A DNA stretch of 64,000 nt from Octopus sinensis (Eukaryota): assembly GCF_006345805.1 (NCBI RefSeq), contig NC_043009.1, positions 28,334,001 to 28,398,000 of the forward strand. The letters are read 5' to 3'. Positions 26,919-40,645 of the stretch are shown piece after piece; within the stretch, counting starts at the first letter, position 1, and the number at the start of each line of letters is the position of its first letter. The position numbers and the translations under genes are program-made. The notes under the pieces are model-generated. The model was not told where the DNA came from and ran no database searches. It worked only from the letters and a program-made list of their open reading frames with translations.

Positions 26919-27672
26919 TAGATAGATAGATAGAAAGATAGATAGATATGCATACACACATATGTATATATGTATATATATATATATATATATATTCTGC
27001 TTTAATTTGGGATCGATTGATGGATTGTGAGTGAATTTAATATGTGGAAACTTAATGGAAGCCCTTTCTGTGTTGTGTGTATGTGTGTGTGTTTGTGTTC
27101 TTGTAATTTAGCGGTTCATCAGTACAGACCAAGAGAACAAGTAACAAACTTCAAAAAATAATGCTGTGTGTATGCATGTATATGTGTATGTATGCGTGTA
27201 TGTGCAGTTGTGTGTATGTGAATGTGTGAGTGTGTTAGTGTGTGCGTGATTGTGTGAGCGTGTGTGAGCATGTGTAATTGTGTGTGTATGTGAGTGTATG
27301 TGCATGCATGCATATATGTGTGTGTGTGTGTGTGTGTGCACTTATTAACTTTTAAAAGAAACAGCTGAGAGTGCATTTAAATGTCTTGCTCGTTATCTTC
27401 AGTCTGTCTAACGAAGGCCAGCAGATCAAAACTCTTAAGTTGTTATCAACTTTTCCTTGTAAAAGCTTAATAAAAAATGAACGCTAATAAAATGTATCGA
27501 AAAAATCTTTCGGTTTCATGTGAAGCAGTTTTTTTAATATAGAACTTGATATTAACAACAAACATTTATATTGAGATCTATCATATATATATTTATATAA
27601 TACATACATATATATATATATACATACATGCATATATATACATGTGTGTATGTATGCATATCTATCTACCTA

Positions 27673-27721
<49 letters not shown>

Positions 27722-27961
27722 ATAAGATCAATATTTAAATACCGATCTTATCAGGTGGCCAGCATGGGAATAAAAACCTTTCAAAGGTAATAATTATTTA
27801 TTACCACATTAAATGTTCATGTGGTTTTAGTGTCAAGTTTTGACTGCTATTTCCAGCATGGTAGTGTCTCTTAGATACCCTAAATTATAATTTATATATA
27901 TATATATATAAATGTATAAATATAAATATATGATAGCTATCAATATAAATGTTTGTTGCTA

Positions 27962-27995
<34 letters not shown>

Positions 27996-28087
27996 GTATG
28001 TATTTTTATGTATATGTGTGTGTGTATGTGTGTGTGTATATATGTGTGTACGTATGTGTGTGTATACACCAAATACATATATATATT

Positions 28088-28137
<50 letters not shown>

Positions 28138-28619
28138 TATCCTATTTGTGCTGTACATATCCGATAAGAATTTGAAGTACACAGACCAAAGGGTGGGTGG
28201 CGGGTGGGGGTGTTCCAAGTAACATCAGCCGAAAGGTCAAATTTTAGCAATTAATGTAATTTCCTCTTTAACAGAATATCTTATTTTTGGAATTACCATT
28301 TCAACAGAGGCACATGTGCTGCCATCTATAAATATAGCAAAGAGAAATGATTGGCCGGGCTGGTAGAAGTTTGATAGTGAGATCATCAGTTTTTGGGATA
28401 TGATTGAGGTTTTTTCTTTTTTTTTCTATTAATATTCGATGCCATCTAGGGTTGTGGATTGGGTGAATCTGTAGAATTTTGGACAAAATGCACTGCAACA
28501 TTTCGATTGTGTCAAAGCAGTGTATGATGGTACAATGATTAGCATCCTGACTAAAATGCTTAGTGGCATTTCGTACATCTTTAATCGTCATTCTTCTTAA
28601 AAAGAAAAATGAATAAATA

Positions 28620-28782
28620 GGTGCAGGATTGGCTATGTTGTTGGTGGCTTGCTTGCCGGCCACATGGTTCCGGGTTCAGTCCTACTGTGTGGCACTTTGG
28701 GCAAGTGTCTTCTGCTATAGCCTCGGGCCAACCAAAGCCTTGTGAGTGGATTTGGTAGACGGAAACTAAAAGAAGCCTGTCG

Positions 28783-28813
<31 letters not shown>

Positions 28814-29008
28814 TGTGTGGTCTGTGTTTGTCCTCCCAACATTGCTTGACGACCGATGCTGGTGTGTTCATGTCCCCGTAACTTTGCGGTTCGGCAAAGG
28901 GGACCGATGGAGTGGGTGCTGGGCTTACAAAGAATAAGTTGAATAAAGGTGGTGCTCCAGCATGGTCGCAGTTGGGTGGCTGAAGCAGGTAAAAGAGTAA
29001 AAGAGTAT
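28620..29008 (-). mobile_element. SINE family A
   Basis: Family A body and tail. Note that the sequence reads in the same sense as the plus-strand copies (GGTTCCGGGTTCAGTCC at about 28665), so the true orientation may be plus. Confidence 0.7.
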
Positions 29009-29094
29009 AGAACCCAACTGAAAAGTATTGAGTCATCCATCAACTTAATGTGCAGCTATTTGTATATATATATGTAACCAGGCAAAAAAACATC

Positions 29095-29330
29095 ATCATC
29101 ATTATCATCATCATCATCATTTAAAATCTGCTTTCTATGATGGACTGCGTTAGATGGTTTCACTGGAATTGGTAAGCCAGACAGCTGCACCAGGTTCCAG
29201 TCTGATTTGGCTTGGTTGCTACAGTCGGATGCCCTTCTTAATGCCAACCACTCCAAGAGTATAATGGGTGTTTTTACGTGCCATGAGCATTGGTACAATT
29301 TGCATGACATCAGCAACACCTGTGACTTTG
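29095..29330 (-). mobile_element. Family C tail element
   Basis: (CAT)n TTAAAA...GGATGCCCTTCTTAATGCCAACCACTCC. Confidence 0.75.
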
Positions 29331-29512
29331 ATTACCTGGGTGCTATTTACCTGACACTGGCAACAGCCATAAATAGGTTTCCACTTAGTTTGATCAGTCT
29401 TCCCAAGCAGAGCAAATCATCAAGGACTCAGTCATTCGTCATCACATGAATGAGGCTCAGCATTATGAAAACCATGCTTCACCACCTCATCCCTCTCCTC
29501 TATGATGAGTTG

Positions 29513-29547
<35 letters not shown>

Positions 29548-29769
29548 TGCCTGCACACACACATATATATGTATGTATGTATGTATACACATAAATACAT
29601 ACACACACACATATATATATATATATATACTGTGTACAATGGGTAAATTATCAGCATTTTATATTTTTAATTTCATGCTTGCACATGGTTTCTTTTGATT
29701 TTGTTAACTACACAGTATAGTAGGGTCAGTTGGTCACTGTCTGCACCATAATGCAATTTACTCTGTCAG

Positions 29770-30010
29770 AAATTTGGAAACGACATGCTGTACTGCTTGA
29801 CATTTGCACCAGAAGCTCTGATATGGACATTTCAGAGGTTTTGGGTGTCAGTTTGTGGACATGTACTGAGAGTGATAAAAATCAAACATCCAGTCAACAT
29901 CATGGTGTTTGGAGTGATCACAATGTATGGCAACATTTTGCCTCTGTTCATTTTCCCACACAGCCTCACACTCAACAGGGAGGCCTACATCAAGTGCCTG
30001 GACGACAATA
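29770..30010 (+). pseudogene. Tc1/mariner-superfamily (maT/DD37D-like) transposase remnant, internally deleted
   Basis: KIKHPVNIMVFGVITMYGNILPLFIFPHSLTLNREAYIKCLD (about 29878-30006) resembles the KxPxxVMVFGxxxxDG...LN.E.Y segment of DDD/E transposases. An N-terminal-like piece lies directly upstream. TIRs not identified. Confidence 0.6.
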
Positions 30011-30813
30011 TATTCACCACACCTTGTACGTGTGTGTGTGTACATATATATACAGAATTAAAGGAAGAGGAAGAAAATAGAGATTGTCAAGTTAATAAGA
30101 GATTATTATCAACAATGAATTGACATTATCCCTTACAGCTGTTTCCGTTATACTCAGTGAATTAATTAAATATTAAGTTCGTATTTCTGAGCATAATATC
30201 TTCAGAGGGGAAAAAAATATACCCTTAGATGCTTTATATGTTTGTTTATAGATGCAGTATAGCAGACTGAATGATACTATTTTAAATGATACAAAATCAA
30301 AATGACAAAACATATATAAATATATAATTTTACATTTTAAAATGCAAAATTATATTTTTAAGTATGTATTGCAATTTTAATCTTGTTTGTGAAATGAAAC
30401 AATTGTTGGAGAATATGTTGATTAATTAATTAATTAATTTATATCCATTAGATTTCACTGTTTTCTAACTTGATAAAAATGTTTGGTATTTTATGATATT
30501 CTATATAATATATATTCATTGAAGAATTATCTCTTCAAAATTTAATATATTGAACCAGTGTATGTTGGATAGATATCCCTATAAGAGGTTTGAATATCCT
30601 CATTGTTACTATGTGTGTATGTGTGTGTATGGATCAAGTGGAGCACGACAGATGTGTGATGAAAGACTTCCAGACAATGGACATAACATAAGATAAGAAC
30701 AATAATAACAAAATGAAGAATGAATATATAGTGTGGTGTGTTTATTTGGCAAGGAAAAAAAATGCCCATCCCAAAACATAGCAATAGGCATGTGTGTGTG
30801 TATGTATATATAC

Positions 30814-30872
<59 letters not shown>

Positions 30873-31749
30873 GTATGTATGTATATGCATATATATATAT
30901 ATTCATGTATGCATGTATATATGCATACATGTACTCTGACGCAAACACAAAACCATACAGATGTACATAGACATGAAACGCATGCATATAACATACATGT
31001 AGTATACACACACAGCACACCATTGACACACACTCAATATACAAACTGCACATACACATAAACACACATCTACATACGCACACAAATAACTACTCACATA
31101 TATAATTACATTTAAACACCATACATGCACATGTGTATAATCACACATACACACATGTGCACTTGCACATACATACACAAACACGCATACATTCAAACTA
31201 TATATATGTATTTACACACACAGTATAAAGGACTTAAGAAGTGATTCATCTCCTTAATTCCATATTCCACAGATCTGACCCCTTGATCATCATTTGGAGC
31301 TGCTGATGCTGTGGGAGATAGAAACCTTATCAAACATGCAGACCCTAACTAGCCACTCCCCATCCCGTTTCTGCTGCAACATGCACACACACTCACACAC
31401 ATATACATAGATACATATACATGCACATACACACTTACACACATACATTCATACATATACACATACATACCCACATATACACACACAAATACGTATATAC
31501 ACACATACAAAAGCTTACACACACATACACACTTATACACATATGTTCACATATATACACGCACATACACACTTATACATATACATTCATGCATATGCAC
31601 ATACATACACACACATACACACGTGCACACTTATACACACACACATACATATATACACACATACACAAGCTTACACACATACACACACCATAAACTATAA
31701 TGATAATAAAAAATTGTATTGAAAATACTCCTCTTGATTAAAGCAGTTC

Positions 31750-32450
31750 ACTACCACCACTACAACCACAGCCACAACAACCACCAACAATAACAACATC
31801 AGCATCATAACTACCACCACCATCACCACCACTACTACCACCATCACCACCACTACCACTAACATGACCATTTCCACTACCACCACCACCACTACCATCA
31901 CTACCATCACCAACATCTTCCCCACCACAAGCACCATCACCATCATCACCATCGCCACCACACCGCTACCATCACCAGCACCACCATCTTCCCCACCACC
32001 ACCATCTTCCCCACCACCACCACCATCTTCCCTATCACCACCATCTTCCCTACCACCACCATCTTCCCCACCACAAGCAACCCCCCCCCCCGCATCCCCA
32101 GCACCACTCTCATTACCAACAATACCACCAATACCACAATGAATACTTACCATCCTCTACCATCGCAATTACTATCACATCCACAACTACCATCACTGTA
32201 ACCGCCAGCACCACAACCACCACCATCGCCACCCCCACCAACACCAGCACCCTACCACTACTACTAGCGTTACTGCTACTGACACTGCTAACACAACCGC
32301 AACTGCTACTATGACCACCACCACCATCACCACCACCACCACCGTCACCACCATCACCTCCACCATCATCACCACCACCACTATCACCACCATCACCACC
32401 ACCACCATCACCACCACTGCTGACAACAACAGTAACTGATGGCCACCTAC
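31750..32450. repeat. (ACC)/(ATC)-rich cryptic simple repeat containing CCACCATCTTCCC subrepeats
   Basis: Direct reading; source of the poly-T/P/G/V ORFs. Confidence 0.85.
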
Positions 32451-33176
32451 CCCATTACTAACTCAATAAACTGTCCCCTAAATTAATTATCTGTCTAACA
32501 TCTAAAGGAATATGACCCTTATTCCTCTTCACTGGTGCTGCCCATTTTCCCAGTCCTGCTGCACTTGAAAGGGTTCAAATCTCACTCCAAGAAGACAAAT
32601 GTATGGCAGTAACTGGAGCCATCCACTTTAATGCATGATTATAACAGAACTGATGAGGGAATTTCAAGGTGGTTGTTTGATGTGTTAGAAATAGCAACCA
32701 AATATCTCTCAAATCACATAATTTCTGATATGAATATAAACATGATATAGTACATATATAGATTAAACATGCAAACACACACAAACACAAACACACACAC
32801 CTATACATCCATCCATCCATGCATACATACATAAAAAGCTAATTCAAAGACTACAGGTCTAATCTGTCACTGGAAGTGTAAAAATCTGTAAAACTTCCTA
32901 GAAGTTTAGCATTTATTAAATATATATTAGTCTGTTAAGATACACAACTATATGTATGTATGTATGAGAATACATACATACATACATACATACATACAAT
33001 ATATATATATATATATATATATGTGCGTATGAGCAGGCATGCTTATGTGTTTGCTATGAACTTTTAACCTTATTTTAATTAGCGGTCATTGAATTAGCGC
33101 TTTTATATAAGTAGCGGACTATAACACAGTAATTTCCCTTTGTATAAAGGTCTTTTTTCATAGCATTTTTCAGATG

Positions 33177-33246
33177 GCCAGATAAACGAAGAGATGGTGT
33201 TGTGGATTTCCACCTCGGCATCCGAAACTCAGAGTTTTATCTTGGC
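33177..33246 (+). ncRNA. Decayed type I hammerhead ribozyme motif inside a PLE-like repeat
   Basis: Stem I GCCA-GATAA/TTATC-TTGGC; core ACGAAGA (in place of CTGAAGA); long stem II GATG..GTGGA-TT-TCCAC..CATC; CGAAA; stem III ACT-CAG-AGT; site GTT. Confidence 0.55.
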
Positions 33247-33345
33247 TACCGAATAATTGTCACATACTATTTTACAGATAAATTTCCTTTATTTACATAA
33301 TATTGAGGTCTCTTTCTTTCTTTTGTTATCTTACCATTTTTACTA

Positions 33346-33386
<41 letters not shown>

Positions 33387-34619
33387 TGATCTAAAGGAAG
33401 CCTTTCTGCATAGGAGCTAGAACCAGATGGAAATAGGAGTTGAGTGTCCCTCAAGTCACAACCTATTGTTTTACTTCTGAGCCATGCAGGGAACAATTTT
33501 ATCCTGAGTGCCTTTCATTTAAAAAAAAAAAGGGGCATGATAGCCATGGCTGGAATGCCTTTGATCATAGGTTTGTTCAATTAAAGCTAACCTGCTTTAA
33601 ACCACAACAATTGAGAATACTAACAGTAACAACAACAATTATTCTAAACTAACAAGTTCCATGTAACTAAATGATATTTTTATTTCAGTAGCCTTTAAAC
33701 ACAAACACATATACGCACATATATGCTTGCACAGAATCACCCATACACATACATATATTCCTTGCCAACTCAATATATGATGTACCAATTCAATACATGA
33801 TCTACTTCAAAAATCTCATTTTAAATGTAAAAAAAAATTTAATCCTCCTTTGAGTGAGATTTGGCTGCTGTTTAATCCTCATTGGTTCCCTCTTTCTATA
33901 CGTCTCTGCTTGTCTGTTTTGTTAGTAAAAATTAGTTCTTTCTTCCATAAAAATACTTCCTGACCTCTCCAGTTGGTTCATCAACGGCAGAGAAAAGAAG
34001 TGAGAAAGAGAGAGAGGGGGAGGGGGGATAGAGATAGACAGATAGAGAGAGGGAGAGGGGGGTGAAATAGAGAGAGAGCAGTAGATGACATACTCTTCCT
34101 TTTCCTTCCTTTTGTGAGATTTTTCTAAGAAGAATTTCTCTCCCTTCTTCCCTACAATCTGTTTTCTGATATTCAGTTTTATTTTCTGCCCCCCTTTTTC
34201 TCCCTCCCCACTTATCTTCGCCACTCCCCTTAATTTCACACTCTCACACAACTCCGCCTACCCCAACCCTTTTTATCCAACATTCTCCTTGTATTTTCCA
34301 ATATTAATGCTACTTTTTGTACTAGTGGAGGAAAATGGTAGCTCTGATTGAAATACCTCTCTCCCCCCACACATTCTCTCTCTCTCATATACACACACAC
34401 ACTATTTCGTCACACACACACAGACACACACGCACACATACACATGTGCACACACCACCTGAACAAGTGTACATCAACTGCTACACACAACACACAGACA
34501 CACACGTTAGACTCACTTGCCCCCATTCACACATACATACTCACATACATAATTCTTACATATACACACATGCTTACGCACCTTAGTTCATTGGGGTCAC
34601 CATTACCTTTACTGTTATT

Positions 34620-34865
34620 ATTATCTCCCTTTTGTTCAACTTCTTTGTTCCAGTCATCTTGCCATGTCGGACCATTGAACTCTGCATTTTTCTCTCCAGT
34701 TTTTACATTCTCTTTCCATATTTGTCCTCTGAATCCTTTCTCTCGAAGAACGTAGGCTGAAAACGTAAAAGACTTTCCCATTTTTCCCAAGCTTTAAACT
34801 AATACACCTGTTTGTTGTTCTTACACTTGTCTTCATCTTTTGTTTTCTGTAAATTTTGACCATAT
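34620..34865 (+). mobile_element. Hammerhead-bearing repeat family H1
   Basis: CCTTT-CTCTCGA-A-GAACGTAGGCT-GAAAAC-GTA-AAAGAC plus the shared H1 tail. Confidence 0.6.
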
Positions 34866-35549
34866 ATATACATATGCATATATATATGTATTTATGTATG
34901 TGTGCATGTAAGTTTGTATGTGCATACACACACACATATGTATGTATAAATATTTGATATATTTGTAGTGTTGAGTAGTTTATTCCTTGTTATATCATAC
35001 AGAAAGTTACCATTGGTTTTATGCCTACTGTAGCACTTGGAAAACTGATGACTCTTCAAATATCCTGGCTGGAAGTACAAATCCTCTTCAGCGCTGGAGG
35101 TAAATATACAGTCTTGACTAATCGGTGTTGAAAAAAAAGTGAAAGAAGAGTTGTCTCTCATTGTATCATTCCAGCCAGGGGGTCACTTGTGTTTTCCTGA
35201 ACTAAAGAAGAGACATTTTTTGTTGTCCTCATGAGAGAAAATATGCATTAACAGCTAAAGGAATATCCTCAATAGTCTCATTTGCATTTCACTAAATTTG
35301 CTGTTTTCAGAAATTCTTAGGTTGGAGCTAGAATTGTGGTTTTCATTAACCCCATTATTTGATGGTATTTATTTTGATCTACAACCTGAGGGGAGCAAAA
35401 CAAAGTCACCACCAGCAGGAATGAAACTCAGATGGTAAAAGGATATAACTACTACCCTGGGTTCAAATTCATTTAGTCAAAGTAGAAATCTGCAGAAATC
35501 TGCATGTTGTGCATTCTAATATGTACCTGTCTGTCTGCCTGTTTGTCTA

Positions 35550-35598
<49 letters not shown>

Positions 35599-35629
35599 AT
35601 GTATGTATGCATATATGAGTGTATATGTA

Positions 35630-36164
35630 CGAGGGTGAGTCAAAAAGTAATGCCATTTTGTTTAGGACAGGTATAATTACCAACGCAGGAATATGTATCA
35701 TACATCAAAATGAAGCTGGTCCTCTGTGGATCACATCCCTACTTCTCAACATAGTTACCATTTCTCTCAATAGCAATGTTCCACCTTTGAATGAGAGTAT
35801 GTATCCCTGCCCTGTAAAATTCTGTTGACTGTTTTTTGAGCCACTTTTTCACTACAGTTTTCACTTCCTCTTCACTGGAATAATGTTTGCCTCTCAAACC
35901 CTCTATAATCTAAAGTATTGTCCTCAAAGACATTTTGTTATCATCGGTGAATGTTCACAGGGGTTTCCCCCTCAGCAACAAGAAATTCAATCACTGCTGT
36001 TTGTTTTTGACTTAACTCTAAGGGGGCAGCCATTTTGAATTTTCCTTACCAGTCCAAAAACCGTGAATGATATAATCATTTATAACTGGGAAAATTTTCA
36101 GTTATTTTTATCAAAAACTTCACATGAAATAAAGAAAATGGCATTACCCTTTGACTCACCCTCA
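35630..36164 (-). mobile_element. Internally deleted mariner of a second family (535 bp)
   Basis: TIRs CGAGGGTGAGTCAAAAAGTAATGCC / GGCATTACCCTTTGACTCACCCTCA flanked by TA. Minus strand N-terminus MAAPLELSQKQTAVIEFLVAEGETPVNIHR** (ATG at 36033) is fused near 35900 to the C-terminus EGLRGKHYSSEEEVKTVVKKWLKKQSTEFYRAGIHTLIQRWNIAIERNGNYVEK* (stop at 35739-35741). Confidence 0.92.
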
Positions 36165-37553
36165 TATTAACAAATAAGTAAGTGAAAATTAAAGATTTGG
36201 CATTAGATAAGATGAAAATTCCACAAACTTTCTAAGAATTCATAAATGAAGTATGGCCTTTATAAGAGCTGATATATTGCAAAAGGAACGGCTTGATGGA
36301 ATGGAAGGTGAAAATATGGTGAAAATCCTGAGACTTTATTTCAAGTAAAAATGAAACAGATTATGATAATTTGGGGAATAATAAAATATGAGATTCACAA
36401 AACTTCGAAGTCTGGATATATAAATATGTTTATAAGATGAGGGAGAGATTGAAGATGTCCAAAGTTTTGCTGTTGAACATAACAAGAAAGATATGCACTT
36501 TAAGACAGTGTAACACACATGCACACACACACACACATATCTATATATAAATATATATGCATGTGTGTATACATATGATGTACATATATATACTATGTGA
36601 ATTTAGTGAAATGCAGACAAGACTGCTGAGGATATTCCTTTAGCTGTTAATGCATATTTTCTCTCATGAGGGCAGCAACAAAAAATGTCTCTTTTTTAGT
36701 TCAGTAAAACACAACTGAGCCCCTGGCTGGAATCATGCAATGAGAGACATAGTATATTGTGTTATATCATAATATAAATAAATTATTGGATTGTCAATTG
36801 AATCTCTCTGTTTAATTTATTGTGTGCATATTATATATACTTTATATGAACACAACAGCATTGCTAAGGCACAAAGAAAATGTCAGCTGCACAAGTCCAG
36901 AACCAATTCCTCATCTTCACTCCCATCAGAATACTAGTGTCCAACCTGTGGAAGAGCCTTCAGAGCATGCATCAGACTGACCATCAACAGTTGGACACAC
37001 TTACACACACACACATATATATATGCATTTAACACAAATATTATATGTATTTAAATATATAACATGTATATTATATATCATCATCATCACTATCATTTTC
37101 TTCTTCTTCATCATCATCATCATCTTCATTTAAGGTCTGTTTTCCATGCTGGCATGGGGTGGATGGTTTGAGAAGGAGCTGGCAAGCGGGAGAGCTGCAC
37201 CAGGTTCCACTTGTTTTGTTCTGGCTGGGTTTCTATGGCTGGATGCCCTTCCTAATGTCAATCATATAACAGAGTATACAGGGTGCTTTTTATGTGGCAC
37301 CAACACAGGATATATTATATAAAATCTACATACATACATACATATATATATATGTGTGTATATATATTACACATATTTATTGATATAATACTTGCATATA
37401 AATATACACATACATACACAGATTTAAATATGTGCATGTATATGCATATTTATATGCAAGTATGTATGTACATGTATGTGTATTATTTACATTTGTATGC
37501 TATTTACATTATTTACATTTGATGGATATTTGTCCTCATCTTGTTTGTTGTTT

Positions 37554-37596
37554 GACACATTTTGGCTGATATACCCTCCAGCCTTCATCAGGTGTT
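37554..37596 (-). ncRNA. Decayed type I hammerhead motif
   Basis: Minus strand ACAC-CTGATGA-A-GGCTG(GAGGGTATAT)CAGCC-AAAAT-GTGT: perfect 5' core and 5-bp stem II; G12 and the stem III bases are eroded. Confidence 0.55.
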
Positions 37597-38473
37597 GTGG
37601 GAAAATTTTGAACCTGGGTTCTCATTGCTAAGGATTTTTCAATGCTATTGTTATTATTATTCTGAACTCGGAATCTTGAGGTTAGTAGCCTGCACTCTTA
37701 ACCACTATGCCATATGCCCATGGGCAATTATGGAGTAAATTTTAGGAATTATCAATCTAATATTTTCCTATCTTTCCTTACATTTACATTTGTATTTCTC
37801 TGAAAATCTCAAATTCCAAAGCAATAAAGTTCTAGTCCTCTCTCCTGTCAACAAACCATCCATTGGCTTTACACTTTCAGAAGTATGTGAAATGAAAGAT
37901 CCTTTACTTGAAAAGCAAGGGCTAGTGACAGGAAGAGCATCAGGTTATAAAACAATATTTTAATGATCTACTCATCTAACTCATGCTAGCATGGGACAAC
38001 GGATGTAAATATGAACAAATGAAAGTATTTTTACATACAGTTTGTATTCTACTTGCAAGTCTGTTGAAAGTGGTTTGGTTCTTTCAAATCTGTTGATTCC
38101 ATAGTTTCAAATATTTGGTCTTGTTCTTATTATCAGAAACAGACTGAACTTTGGTTAACTTCAACAGACGTAGCAATTCTCTCTTAATTGAAATACCTTA
38201 ATGAATTAACACATACACCATCTTTGCCAATTATTTTGTTCATCTATCGATGGAGGGTCTTTCTCTCTCACTCTCTGCGTAAATATATGTGTGTGTGTAT
38301 GTGTGCGTGCATGTGTGTGTATGCATATATATATATATATATATATACATACATATTCATATATACATAGTTATATGTACATACACACACACACATATGT
38401 ATATACATATATATTGATATATATATATACATATATATATATATGCACATTTATGTGTGTGTGTGTGTGTGTG

Positions 38474-38511
<38 letters not shown>

Positions 38512-38639
38512 AATATATATGTTTATACACACACACACACACACACAAATAAAAGAATATCAATCATTCTGCCAATGTATCTATCCATCTATATATCTTT
38601 CTACTTATCTTTCTCTCTCTGATGCTCTGTCTCTCACAT

Positions 38640-38670
<31 letters not shown>

Positions 38671-38698
38671 GTTTTTCTCTCTGTCTTTCTATCTGTCC

Positions 38699-38780
<82 letters not shown>

Positions 38781-39146
38781 ATATCTATATATATATATCT
38801 ATCTATCAATTACTCCATCCATGCATCAGCCTATATATATATATATATATACACACACATATTTGATCTCTCTCTTCATATACATATATATGTGAAATAA
38901 GCAGAGATAGTGAAAGGAAGTATCTAGGTGGGGGTAGCGTCTACAAGCAAATATTTATATATTTTGGGACATAAGTACTCACATGAATATACATAAGTAT
39001 ACTTCTGTCTTTTTGTTTTTATGTATTGTATCTCTGCAAGTACTCTCTGCTTTGGTTAGGAAATCAATACATGACGCGGAACCATACACACACATTATAC
39101 AATCACACACACACGTAATTATGTATATACTCATAATATGCACATG

Positions 39147-39192
<46 letters not shown>

Positions 39193-39488
39193 ATATTATA
39201 TATAGTATACTATATCGTTATCATCACTATCATTTAGTATTCTATATATATATAAGTATATATATGCACATTTATATATATATACATATATGTACACACA
39301 CACACTTATGCACACACATATACATAAAGCATATCTATATATGTATGTATATATATATATATACATACACATGCATACACACACATACATATACATACAT
39401 ATACATATATATATATATACATACATGCGTATATACACACACACCACGCATATATATATATATATATATATACATATATACATATACA

Positions 39489-39558
<70 letters not shown>

Positions 39559-40164
39559 GATTATATGTGTACATAGAAACATACTTATAACTATTTATAT
39601 ACTTTAACTGCTTGGCAAGGAATTAGATCTATTTTGTCAGCTAAAAGGAACTTCAGATGGTGCTTAGTAGCTGTTTGGCAGAAGTCCCAGTGAAGTTGAG
39701 TGTAAGTAACAGATTGTCTTGGCTCAATTTATTTCCTGGTCAGTAAGAGAGGTGTTTCGATGATTCTTATTTCATACACTCGAAATCACCCGATCAGCCA
39801 TAACTTGAATCGAAATGAGAATTGATGTCATCATATTGTAAAATCTATAAAAATGACAAAGAAATCAGATAAGCAACATTTTTCTGGTTTGTTTTTATGA
39901 AATAATTCTATATTAACGATTGAACTCAAAGAAAATTTTTCTTTAAATATTAGTTTATTGAAAATTATATTAAAAAGTCTTTGGACAGAAAAGGAAAAAA
40001 ATTATTAATTTAAAACTGCCGACAGGGATTGAACTGGGTATCTTTTTTTAGTGGAGATCAGTGTGTTAATAATTACTTTAAATCAACTTTTGCTCTGCTT
40101 TTGCACAATTGAATGTTTTAATCTTACCAGTGTGAAAGTTTCTTTACATTTTTTCAGATATTGG

Positions 40165-40645
40165 CAGAAGGCAGAAAATCCAGGAGTTGGGGAAGAGGAG
40201 CTGATTACATTGAGCCCAGTGCTTGACTGCTTCTTTTTTTATTGGCCCTGAAACGATGAAAACAAAGTCTACCTTGGCAGAATTTGAACTCAGAATGTAA
40301 AACCAGATGAAATGTTGCTGATCACTTTGTCCAATTTGCTAACGATTCTGCCTGCTCACGGCTTTAAAGTTTGTTTACATTGAGAGCATTAGTGTAGAAG
40401 CATCAAGAAATATATATGTTTCTTTACTACCCACAAGGGGCTAAACATAGAGGGGACAAACAAGGACAGACAAACGAATTAAGTCGATTACATCGACCCC
40501 AGTGCATAACTGGTACTTAATTTATTGCCCCTGAAAGGATGAAACGCAAAGTCGACCTCGGTGGAATTTGAACTCAGAACATAGCGGGCAGACGAAATAT
40601 GGCTATGTATTTCGCCCGGTGTGCTAACGGTTCAGCCAGCTCACA
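40165..40645 (-). mobile_element. Two SINE family B copies (about 40165-40345 and 40420-40645)
   Basis: The second copy is near-consensus with the TTTCTTTACTACCCACAAGGGGCTAAAC tail variant. Confidence 0.85.

Noticed and set aside
30140-30178. GAAACAGCTGTA palindromic helix III on the minus strand
   Set aside because: The 5' core and stem II are not recoverable; possibly a remnant but unsupported.
31695-32429. Gly/Pro-rich ORFs as a structural protein
   Set aside because: Derived from ACC/ATC cryptic repeats, with no splice context or non-repetitive domain.
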